A stretch of DNA of 64,000 nt. It comes from Botryllus schlosseri. Its lineage: Eukaryota. The stretch covers positions 30,442,001 to 30,506,000 of the forward strand of contig CM119373.1 in assembly GCA_051294905.1 (NCBI GenBank). Direction: 5' to 3'. The position numbers were made by a program, and so were the translations under genes. Of the stretch, positions 27,280-38,900 are shown piece after piece (position 1 is the first letter of the stretch; every line of letters begins with the position of its first letter). The notes under the pieces were generated by a model. That model worked only from the letters and a program-made list of their open reading frames with translations. It did no database searches and was not told where the DNA came from.

Positions 27280-27800
27280 TTTTAACAAACTATTATTGAC
27301 ATGGTCTTTTTCACTGCCATCACAAAACCGACTGTTGTTAATCTTGTCAATAGGGCAGGATTGTGTCAAATTCCCATAGATAACAAACCACATTTTAACA
27401 ACAATAGATGCATCGTCCCGGATAACTTTGAGCTCTCCATCCTTCAGCTTGCTGCACAATGCAAAATGCAGTGATATAGCATTTCTGATTTTTTTTCTGA
27501 GCAAACGGATCGCCTTTTTCTACTTTCACACCATAGACTTGGGTTATCATATTGTTGTGGATCAAATTCCGGACACTCTTTAGCGCCCATTAGCGGATTT
27601 AAAAATGCGGAATGACACATTCGTGTCAATATGACGTCACACCAGCAAAGCTTTGCCTGTCGATCACAGGTATTTACGACCCCTATCAGGAGCTGGAGTA
27701 TGTGGTTGCGTGTTGTAGCCAGGAACGAAACAATATTTTTCAGCCCCGTCCCGCCTAAATAAACACTGATCTTCGGCCAACCATAAGGTATTGAATGCAA
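27280..27800 (-). pseudogene. hAT transposase relic (catalytic region)
   Basis: Frameshifted DNPKSMV...AIRLLRKKIRNAISLHFALCSKL...VVKM resembles TDxAxxM...HCxxHxxAL. Confidence 0.4.
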
Positions 27801-28552
27801 CGACTACTTCAACTCGGAATGAAAAGGACACAACTACAACACAGCACATGATGATGATGAACTACTATGAGATGGGGTAAGCTGTATGCACCTGCTTTCT
27901 ATATTCTTCTGGTCTTTAAATTTTGTGGATGAAATATCTCAATAATATTGATTCTACTCATTACTATAACATTTTGATCCTCTCTCCGCCTACATGATCA
28001 GAGTTAGCGACAGAGCTGATGATGAAGGATGGTGACTTCGAAATTGCAGGCAACGTAATTGTACATCATAAAGTCATGTTCATTTCCCACGATAAAGACT
28101 AGATATGAGCCAGTCCTTACCAGTAGGTGGCACATCGGGTGGTTTTTAACCTTCTATGGTCGCGATTACATTCCCAATTTGAAAATGTTTCGTGGCCCAG
28201 CACCTTTGCCCAGACTTATTCACGGCCAAGTTTGGAAACCGTTTACGTTCAACATATTCGCGAACCACAGAATAAAGGCAAGTGACCCCCAGGTTTAGAA
28301 CCACTGTTTTTGACTGAAGCATCTAAATGACCTTGACTGACTCTAGGAATGTACCGTTCTCTTATAATTGTGATTACAATTAGACTCATTTCAGTTTAAT
28401 GATGGTTATTTTTATTTATTTCAGATTGCATTTTTTGTGAGGGCGGTGGTTCCTATATTACAATCGTTGAACGCGACACTATCAGCCTGCTTTAAACGAT
28501 ACCCGGATGTCAGTTTACACATTTCCACTAAACTGTTACATGTTAGCGTATT

Positions 28553-28821
28553 ATAATTGAATAGAATATTCATATTGAAATAAACCCGAATATTTTCGGC
28601 TGACACTCGTCAGGGGTAATCGTCAGCAACTAGTAGATAATTGGAAAGAACATTGTATATCAACAATCGTATCACAAAATATGACGTCACCAGCATGAAC
28701 GTTCAAACGAGAGAGAGTTTAATGTACTATTTTCAGGTCGTACACGAACTCCTATTGTTGACACGGCTTGGGTTGGTGTCGACTCCAAGGAACAAAGATG
28801 GAAGTGTGAACGGCGTATTGG
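28553..28821 (-). mobile_element. Older Penelope-like pLTR copy of the same family
   Basis: Alignable to 22029-22300; cut off by a hAT MITE at 28822. Confidence 0.85.
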
Positions 28822-29308
28822 TAGGGATGGGCACAATGATTCGAGAACTCGGATCTGAATCGAGTATTAATTTTAATGATTCGAATCGAATAGTAAAATA
28901 TGATTGTTTTGATTACTGATATTATACGTTCATCACCACTGAAAGTTAATTTATCAACGAGAATTATAGTTTCTATACTAATTTGCACTGTTGAAGCCTT
29001 GAAGCCTTGAATAGTCGTATCGTAGCATACGAAACATATAGCACAAAGCTACGAACGATACTGGAAATAACACATTTCCGAAGTCATGATCATCCCACAA
29101 CATTGTCACCAAAGTATCTTTAATGTGGTGGATAACAGGCATTATATTCTTTGTGGTCGCATAAAAGGTAGGCCTACATATCTGAACTTTGACATATTAC
29201 ATTCGGTTATGGTGTTATAATGACTGACACTCGGTTACTCGACTCGACTCGAAGCATATTACGTGATTCAGAATCGAATTACTCAGGTACTCGATTTTGC
29301 CCAGCTCA
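28822..29308 (+). mobile_element. hAT MITE family D
   Basis: Colinear with the 25612 and 59174 copies; flanks CGTATTGG/CGTATTAG. Confidence 0.85.
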
Positions 29309-29670
29309 CGTATTAGTACTGTTATTCACAACTACTTACTTACTTCAGTAGTTTAGCGAGCAAATTCTACTTCTTCTTGTAATATTTTTGGACAGGTTCT
29401 AAAAGCACTGCTTTTGCTCGTACGCGAGTAAGCTTTAGCGTCGCCACTATTGCTGGTAGTTGGTGACTTTCATGACTATTTTGACCACCTCGAATTTAAT
29501 ACACAAGTTTCCCTACTTCTTATTACTGTTTATAAGTTGATCTCAATTATGACGACATAGTTCTTTATCTTGCTAACTATTTGATGAACGATGCCATTGA
29601 TGCGTGATACCCTAGCCAGGCAATACTGTCTCATGATAGTTCAGCTATACTTTAAGAATAGAAGTAGTTA

Positions 29671-30630
29671 TAGAGATGGTGTGAACCTTTGAAAGGTTCA
29701 GGTTCGTGTGAACGCGAACCTTTTTGAAAGGTTCTGTGTGAACGCGAACGTGAACCTCATGACTTTACGTGACGTCATATTGCTAATTCAAACCCAACAT
29801 TTCAGTGAAGTTAGAGCCTATATTAATGTGCAGTGTACACGATACCTAGCGACGACTCGGGCCACATAATGCCACAACGCTGAAGTACATAGTGACGTTT
29901 TAAATGTGACCAAATCTATCAACTGGGGCAATCAAATGATATAATAATCCCATAAAATCAACATCTTCCGTCGCTTTGCCAACAATTTCGACGAGAACTT
30001 GCAATAGACCAGACTGCGTTGATATTGAGCAGAGTGTAAACGGGTTTTTATACTTGCTACCGATATTACCCCATTAACAAGTTAGCTTACATTAACAAGC
30101 AGCAGCCAACACCCCAACCGCGCGGATTTGGTTTTCATGATATAATAAACATATGAAATCGAGATTGACCCCGCACGGTTGCTAGATTTTTTACATTAGA
30201 CAAGGATATGAATGCCATTGATTGGTTGAATAAGCATCATTCGCTGACTACATACCTGTAGCGTATTTCGCTCTTGACGTTCTGTGATTGCGGGTCAAGC
30301 TCACAGCAGAGAGTCACTGAATATTCATAAACGGAAAGCGGGATATTTCTAGCAAACTTTTGTAACAAAGCCAGTGAGAGTTTTGACATTGTCAAGTTGC
30401 ATACTCGTTTAGTGTTGATTTTTTATGCTGCCAACGCCATGCAGGGAGTGGCCCGCAGTTAAAATGCTATAAATTTCAACCAAAGATGTTATAATGACGT
30501 GAAAATTGTAATATATGAAAAAGGTTCACAGAGCAGAACCTACAAAGGTTCGTTTGTGAACGCGAACCTCTAAATTTGTGAGGTTCACACACAGAACGCG
30601 AACGTGAACCTCACGTTCACACCATCCCTA
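29671..30630 (+). mobile_element. MITE family E with GTGAAC/GTTCAC subterminal repeats
   Basis: Ends TAGAGATGGTGTGAAC and GTTCACACCATCCCTA; interior matches 36397-37380 in reverse. Confidence 0.85.
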
Positions 30631-32832
30631 CAGTTACCGTAAGAGTAAGATTTCAATTGAAATTCATACCTAAGAAACTGAAGATGAATTGAAATAAAAA
30701 CGGTGTATTGTCGGTTCCACAACTTTGCATGTTTTTTCTGATGCCTGTAAACTCGCCATTATACTAGTAATACAGTCTTTCGTAAATGCTATGAAGGATC
30801 GGCTCGATCGATTTTTGTCTTATCATGGACAATTGGCAGATGAAAACAGGCAGCTATGAATAAACTCAAACATAAAACCTCCTAGGAATTCACCGTTATA
30901 GGGTAATATCACTTAATGCTAATTGGACGTTTGAAGTCCATTGCATACTTTGGTTTTTTGTATGAGTCGGCTATGCACATACGCTCCGGAATACCGTCTT
31001 TTATAGCTAGTAAGCGTTTAAACGGAGCCAGGGAAATTAATTTAAAATTATTTAAGAATTTTATTACAGTCAATTTGATCAAAAATAGTGATCGGTATAA
31101 TTTCTACGGATCGATACATACGTAGCGCAATTGTATGTCGACAGTACGTATCTCGTTCCACAAAATGTAATGCGTATGATTTCGCTCCACTCGTTTTCGA
31201 TGTTTTACGAGTGGAATCTGATTGATAGCCAGGAGAAATCATAATAGGATTACAGTGAAAATGTGAGAACATTACCGGAATAACATCGCATTCACACAAT
31301 TAAATGAAAGTAGTTCCTTGACTTTTTTCGTTGCGAAGTGACACCAAAGGAAGAGTTTGAAGTAACACTTTCCCGCTCAGCGCTCATTATCAATCGGTCC
31401 AGACGGAAATAAAATGATGCTCCCGTCGATAGCTCACGGGGCCGTCTATCAACTAACCTCCTTCTAACCACGTGATAAAACTGTCGGTGCGTACGACCAT
31501 AAGCGACCTAATCTACCGATCTCCGCATTGACCTCAGAAATTAAATCATTATAAAAGAGAGAATGACATTAAATGCAGACGCATCACCCACTACGATATC
31601 GCACTCTGACCGCCTTGACACTGACCTAATCCGCTGCAATGCAACACATCAAGCTCAAGAGAAATGTAATATCAGAAAGAGAATTGATAACAATAGAACA
31701 ACACATATAAATCTTACATACGGTGATATGGACGAAGTCACAGCCGAAACTAGAATATTCTTCTAATATCACCAATTTTCTCTCTTCTGGAAACACTGAA
31801 TATAAATATGTATACAATATAGACAATTATGACAACTTCAACTACCCTTTCGTCCATACCAGCCACAATCTAATAAACCCGTTCTCTCGGAACCACAATA
31901 ACACCATAGACACAAGCATGTTGAAAAATGGCACCGATAGAACCTGCGCAGCATAACGATTGTCGAGGTATTCCATTCTAAAACTAAAAACAACAAATTA
32001 GTCATTCAGTTAGGGCACTCGATTTTTATCAAGTCTGATTGGTAATAATAAGTATCTTTCCGTAGAACTTGGCAAATTGTGAAAGAGAGAAGGTACAGAA
32101 CGTCAATAAGCAATTGAGATGAGTGTTGTAACCAAGTCACAAGGTTCCGAGGAATTTTCAATTCACCGCCGACTCAAGTCCGAATCCAATGCATGGTGTT
32201 TACTGCTCAGTTTCGAGTTCAATTCAGGTTCAAATCAGTTCTGCAAAACTCAGGGGTTATAACGTAGCCCTCTGATTCATAATATTCTTATTTTTCTCAC
32301 TCTAAACATGTTTACTCAAACAGAAAAGGGCCAGTTTCTGGATCTACTTTCCAAATATCGGTCATGATATACGTCACTTGAATACGTCACATAGAATGTG
32401 TCGAGTCAATATGCACTCGTCTCGAGTCATTTTCCGTTTTTAAGAAAGAACTAGAGTCAAGTCGAGTCAACGAAAAATTGCGACTGGAAGTCGAATCATT
32501 GCAACTACTCGAGTCGTTGCAGCCCTGATTGGGATATTTATATTGAAATAACCCCTTTTATTTTGGCTTTGTATATAAATAGTTCTTGTCAATTCTCTAC
32601 CAGTCGCTGACGATCGCCTGCGATGAGTGACAGTTGAAAATAGTCGGTTTTAATGGTTATATGAATATTATCCAATCGTAAATTGTGAACGGCAATGTAC
32701 ATTGTACATACTTTGATTGATAAGAAGTTGAACTGGAAAGAAGTCGAACCATATAGTACGGCGCGGGCTACATCGACTCGAATACTCAGTCAATGTCGAC
32801 TACTCAACTCACATATTTTAAATGAATTGGCG

Positions 32833-32955
32833 TTAGCTCTTATCGTCGGTTGTAGAAAGTCCGGTAGACACCACCGATAAATCAGTCTTCAGCGGAGAAA
32901 ACAGCTTGCGAAGTTCGCCCGTTCTGATCGCCGTGAGGTAGAAGATAATCACGCC
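32833..32955 (-). CDS. aGPCR exon 19: end of TM7 and short cytoplasmic tail
   Basis: GVIIFYLTAIRTGELRKLFSPLKTDLSVVSTGLSTTDDKS*; completes the NSFQ|G motif. Confidence 0.9.
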   Translation of the reverse strand, partial: GVIIFYLTAIRTGELRKLFSPLKTDLSVVSTGLSTTDDKS

Positions 32956-35900
32956 CTGTGCATATAGGATTGGCGTTTCATTTGTTGACAATGCTTCGCG
33001 CTTTGACCACGACCACCACCTCTGGCAATGGGCTAAAAAATCAGGGCTGTCGAGTCGGAGTCACAGTAATTTTGTAACACCCTTTGAAGTCGGAGTTAAG
33101 GAAACAAGTACTGTCTGGACATTGTGTTAGATAAAATTCTCTGACTCTAACTACTTGAAAATCCAAACAAATATTCTCAGGTGTTAGTAAAAATTCAATA
33201 ATATGTAATCGATTAAACCCGAATACTTTCGGCTGACATTCATTTGGGGTAATCGTCCTGAACTAGCGGGGATTTTCAACAGAAGTTTGCAAATCAACAG
33301 TCGTATAACTAAATATGACGTCTCCCGACATGAAAATACGAATATATCCGAGATGAGCATATGATGACGTAGGCTCGATTTATAATCTTTTAGATCAGTG
33401 GTTCTCAACCGAGGGTCTGCGAGACCTTCAAATTTTCAAAATGATTGATAGCCTAATTTGTATTTTTTCAATTAGGTAAATCAAGAGGCAGATTCGCTTC
33501 ATAGCTGGTAAGACTTCACGACTCATATTATAAAATTTTTGATCCATTTTCTTATATAATATGCATAACCACTATTCAAGAATAGCTTCAAGATGACCTG
33601 CTAGATCAGGGGAGGGCAAACTTTTGAACTCGCGGGCCGCATTCAACATCTGGATCCATTCGCGGGCCGCACTATATAAAATTTGGATTATAAACCAAAA
33701 CGCAATATCTATACTTTATTAACTAGTGAGGACACGGATACAATATATATGCTTATTTAAAACATACCAAACATTGCATTGATGATATTGTACACGCGTC
33801 AGAAACAGTGGCGAGATTTCATAGGCTGGTCGACCTCAATAACCAATTTTTCAAAACTATAGAGATGAAGGTCGGTTTTATCAATTCTTAGAACAGGATT
33901 GAAATTTAAATCCGTGAAAAGCGATCTGTTCAAGTGTTCATAGATTTACTAATTCCACTTTCGGTTCAGTTCCGGGACACAGAATGCTGACAGCATCATA
34001 ACCATGTTAGCTTCAAACACGCTTCTATACTATGTGTAGATAAAATATATCATAATTCTACGTGTACAGAGAGCGAATCTACCCAAGGCACGCTCGAATC
34101 GTTTTTAATAAGCACATCACTGAAATAATTAAAACTGGAGGGGCTAATCAAAAATCACGCTTGTGATTCGAATTATGCCAATCTCGTTACGGATTTTGGT
34201 GATGAGCTTCTTGGAGGTACAGAACTTCAATATACAATTAAATAGTATATTCATATTGAAATGAACCCGAATATTTTCGGCTGACACTCGTCAGGGGTAA
34301 TCGTCAGCAACTAGTAGAGAATTGGAAAGAACATTGTATATCAACAATCGTATCACAAAATATGACGTCACCAGCATGAAATTTCGAATGAGAGAGCGTT
34401 CAATGTACTATTTTTAGGTGATACACGAACTCCTTTTGTTGACAGAGTTTTGGTTGGTGTGCCTTGGAATCAACTTTTATCAAAATACACCAACCAAAAC
34501 TCTGTCAACAAAAGGAGTTCGTGTATCACCTAAAAATAGTACATTGAACGCTCTCTCATTCGAAATTTCATGCTGGTGACGTCATATTTTGTGATACGAT
34601 TGTTGATATACAATGTTCTTTCCAATTCTCTACTAGTTGCTGACGATTACCCCTGACGAGTGTCAGCCGAAAATATTCGGGTTCATTTCAATATGAATAT
34701 ACTATTTAATGGATTTTGGTGATGTTTAACAGTTGAAACCTTTCAAACTGCGTGGGCCTTGAGATCTGGCTGTCGCACCAGAAATTAAACATAAAAGAAT
34801 ATCGTAGGAAGTAGTCACCCCCCCCCCCCTATCGTCATATCATAAAACGCAATCAGGATGCTAGCAAACCTAACGGATAGTTTAATGGCATGGAAGTGTA
34901 CGACTGTTGATGAGAGATTTCTAAATATGAAATTCAGACTAAATACAGAGCAATAATTAGGAAGAAAATTCAGTTGAGCTCAGCTTCTCGCCCCCAGTTT
35001 GAGAGCCACTGCCTCAGAATTATCATGGTGTAATATACTTAGAAAAGTTTCATCAAGTCTCTGCATTAATTCGATTTTTAGTACGCATTTTATCAATATT
35101 CTGAATAAGTTTCTTTAGACTCTCGCGAGCCGCACAGAACGGTGTTGCGGGCCGCATGTGGCCCGCGGGCCATAGTTTGCCCACCTCTGTGCAAGATAAA
35201 AATGGCTGGACGGCGTGGACGTGCATTCAACTTGATTTTGGTGCCTTAAGGTGTCGGCGGAAGCGTTACGGGTTAATATTACATTCGCCACCACTAATCC
35301 TCGTGGAAATGGATTTTCAGCCCCCTTTCATAGCAATTCAAAAACGCAGGCTTTCGAGACACGGCCACTTTTTCAATAAATGCACTGGCAACATTCGATT
35401 TGAAATAATAACAATCGATGCAATTTCTAGATTTCTGATATTATTTTCAAGACAAGTAATTTTGCTGCTGTTTATCACTATCCTACAGTTAAATTTTGCA
35501 CAAGTCATATAACGGTTGCACCATAATTGAGCTAAATTTGAACGGAAACTTAAGGGGGTCCGCGGGGGTCCCTGGCGGTCAAAGGAGTCCGCGAGAACAA
35601 AAAGGTTGAGAACCACTGTTTTAGATAATACGTAAACTCCTACTGTTGGTAAAGCCTGATTTTACGAAAATGCAACCAAATATTTAAAAATGTTACTAAC
35701 AAGAGCCGCTATAGTTACATAAGTTATCACGTTTTTTAGAAACCTAATTTATTTCTGCGAGCACTATTTTTTTTCATTTCCGAGAACCATATACTTTGCC
35801 TAATTCCCCAGCTCTACTCTACAGCATCAATACTCGCCTGAAACGAATTGGTGATAGTGAAAAGCCAGCTCATCGCATTTAAAAAGGTCGGGTTCTCCGA

Positions 35901-38900
35901 CACCAACATCAGGTAGCCGAAGACCCAAGACAGACCCATCATGGTCGCCAGGCAGACGGACGTAACCACGTTTTGCGTCGTGCTTCGCTGGATTTTTGTC
36001 GATTCGATCTGCGCAAAGAAACGGTGAAGTTAATTTCCGTAACTATAGATAGGCATATCAGATCTTTCATGAAAAATAGAATTCAGTAGAGGTGGTGAAA
36101 GTAGACTGTGGAGCCATTGAGTGTAAGTATAGTGAAGGACTGAAGGTAACGCAGTAAATTTGGACTCCGTTATTATAGGTCGGTACGGCGCTTAACAAGA
36201 TATGTCAAGGGTACTTCAAGCATTAAAAAAGGCATGCCAAGGGCTTAGGTACTCTCAAAAGCGGGAGGCTGCCGAGCCGTCACATACTTAAGTTGTCAAT
36301 CTACTATGAGTCAAGCAACATTCCGAATATAACTATGCACATTCCCACAAAATCACTGATAACGTTACAAGTAGTGAGTGACCTGGCATGAAATAGTAGG
36401 GATGGTGTGAACGTGAGGTTCACGTTAGCGTTCTGTGTGTGAACCTCGGAGGTTCGCGTTCACAATAGAACTTCGGTAGGTTCTGCACTGTGAACCTTTT
36501 TGGTAAATTGTAATTTTCACTTCATTACACGATCTGTGGTTCAAATTTATTGCATTTTAACTGCGGGCCACTCTATGCATCGCGCTGGCAGCATAAAAAA
36601 TCAACACTAAACGAGCATGCGCCATGACAATCTTAAAAGTTTCACTTGCTTTGTGACAAAAATTTTCTCGAAATATCCAGCTATCCGTTTGTGAATATTT
36701 AGTGACTCTCTGCTGTGAGTTTGACCCGCAATCACGCAACATCACGAGTGATATACGTAGTCAGCGAATGATGCTTATTCAACCAATCAATTACATTGAT
36801 ATCGTTTTCGGATGTAAAAAATCAAGCAGGCGTACGGGGTCAATCTTGATTTCATATCTTTACTGTATCATTAAAACCAAATCCGTGCGTATAACGTATT
36901 GGCTACTGCTGTATAATTTGTTGTTGTTTGCGGTATCGGTAGCCAGTATGGAAACTCGTTTTACACTCTGCTCAATATCAATGTAGCAATACTCAGACTC
37001 CGAACACATTGTCCGGTCTGGCTAAGACCGTTGAGGTGTAAGCTTATATTCCCTGGTAAGTCCTCGTCGAAGTTGTTGTCGAAGCGACGGAATTTATTGA
37101 TTTTATGGGATTAATATATCCTTTGATAACCGCGGTTGATACATTTAGCGACGTTTAAAACGCCAATATGTACTCCAGCATTTGGGCATTATGTGGCCCG
37201 AGTCGTCGCTAGGTATCGTGTACATTAATATAGGCTATCACTTCATTGAAAGATAGGGTTGAAATTAGCAATATGACGTCACGTGACGTCACGAAGTTCA
37301 CGTTCTCGTTCACACAGAACCTTTCAAAAAGGTTCGCATTCACACGAACCTGAACCTTACAGAGGTTCACATCATCTTGGTGAAATACGGTACCTGCGCA
37401 ATTTTGCAAGTAATCTTCGGTATGACGATGCAATAAACAACAACGTTAAACAGCAACAACATTGCCACTGGCAGTAAAAATCCGAAGTACAGAGAATAAT
37501 GCCGAAGCCAGCAGAAATTCCGCGACCGATAGGACGACTCCAGCGTCGCGTTTCCTGACATAGAAACGTAATATTAAGTAGGCCGCTAGAGAGCGCTGTC
37601 TGTAAAGAAATACCTGTAACGTTGCGATCTATGTGTCCAAGCGTTATGCCTGCGTTTAGTAGGACGATCACTATTGGCGCCCCGTAGCCGAAGCAAGCGG
37701 CATACTGTATCTTGAACCTTCTACCGTAGGACGCCATAACCTGAAACGAAATGGTTTGTTTTTGTGTGTGCTTTGTAAGTGACGTTTACTAACGGTGTCG
37801 AGCTAAGATCCAAAATGGATATAATTTATATTTGACGATTTGAAATAAGGGTCCGGAACTGAATCTTTCTTGATTACGTTTTTCGGAAAACCCAAATTTT
37901 AAAGTGAGCTATTCGCGTTAAGTTATAAAACGCTACTACAACTAATGAATTTTTGTTGATGATTGTCGCAAAGACCAAAAATAAAAATTCCACTATGTCA
38001 GACCCTTAATAAAATACTAAAGTGATTTGATTATTGAAAGCAATGTAAATACAACATCAAGAAATCCGATAATACGAACCAAATTTATCGATTACAATTG
38101 TAAAACCCGAATTTTTCACCTTGTCAAGCATGACAGTACTCAGCAAACATGACAGAAAACTTTAATATGACAATCACTTCGCGATATTCAAAATCGAATT
38201 TTGATGAAAATTGGGTCTACACGACCCAACTTGACTTGAATCTTCGTACAGTGTTCACGCATTTGGTACCACGCACTCATTATTCAATTACACCCCAATT
38301 TAATCGTCTCACATTAACTAGTATGGAGCCCACCGTCCGGTTCTCACCTGAACTATGTCCCGGTAGATGGTGTAGCTGTACACGCCGGTCCACGTCCAGG
38401 TGGTCAGAAAGAAAAAATGCATGAAAACGGTCAGGATAGAACAATGCACGGTGTCCACCTTTAAAAAGGATCGATTGCATCAGTTAACTGTCTATTCAAC
38501 GAGTTCGCATTATTTAGGAATATGTGATTGGTAAAATTCCTACCCAGCCGAAATCCTATAGATCTAGCTAGATATACTTCGGTATAAATAAATAACAGCG
38601 ATTACCCTTACCTGATAATGCACTCCACCCACAAACAGTGTCAGCGCGATCGCAAGACATAGGCAGATGTTTCCGAGGATCTGCATCTGATACTTTTTAC
38701 GTAGTCTCCTGCGATAGCCAAAAGGAAATGAGATCTACCAAACAGTCTATTCAACACAAACAATAGTGTCTCGATCTCAATCAACTATGTGTAAGTCCGT
38801 CAAGTCGCGCAGTAATCCGAGAATTTCCACCCGATTACAAGTTAAAATGTCCATGTGATGTGAAAATATAAATTGAATGCCTGATAACTATTAAAGTTGG

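Larger units (their letters stand above)
33607..35189 (+). mobile_element. hAT MITE family B nested in the family C copy
   Basis: Ends CAGGGGAGGGCAAAC and GTTTGCCCACCTCTG; TSD TGCTAGAT/TGCAAGAT. Confidence 0.88.
33396..35618 (+). mobile_element. hAT (Buster/Charlie-like) MITE family C with nested insertions
   Basis: Ends CAGTGGTTCTCAACC and GGTTGAGAACCACTG; perfect TSD TTTTAGAT. Confidence 0.9.

Noticed and set aside
31563-31956. Two overlapping Asn/Thr-rich ORFs between the two genes
   Set aside because: Explained by A-rich strand composition; no motifs or splice support
35290-35380. Possible alternative C-terminal exon (AFIEKVAVSRKPAFL...)
   Set aside because: It lies within hAT MITE family C; the true last exon at 32833-32955 completes NSFQ|G
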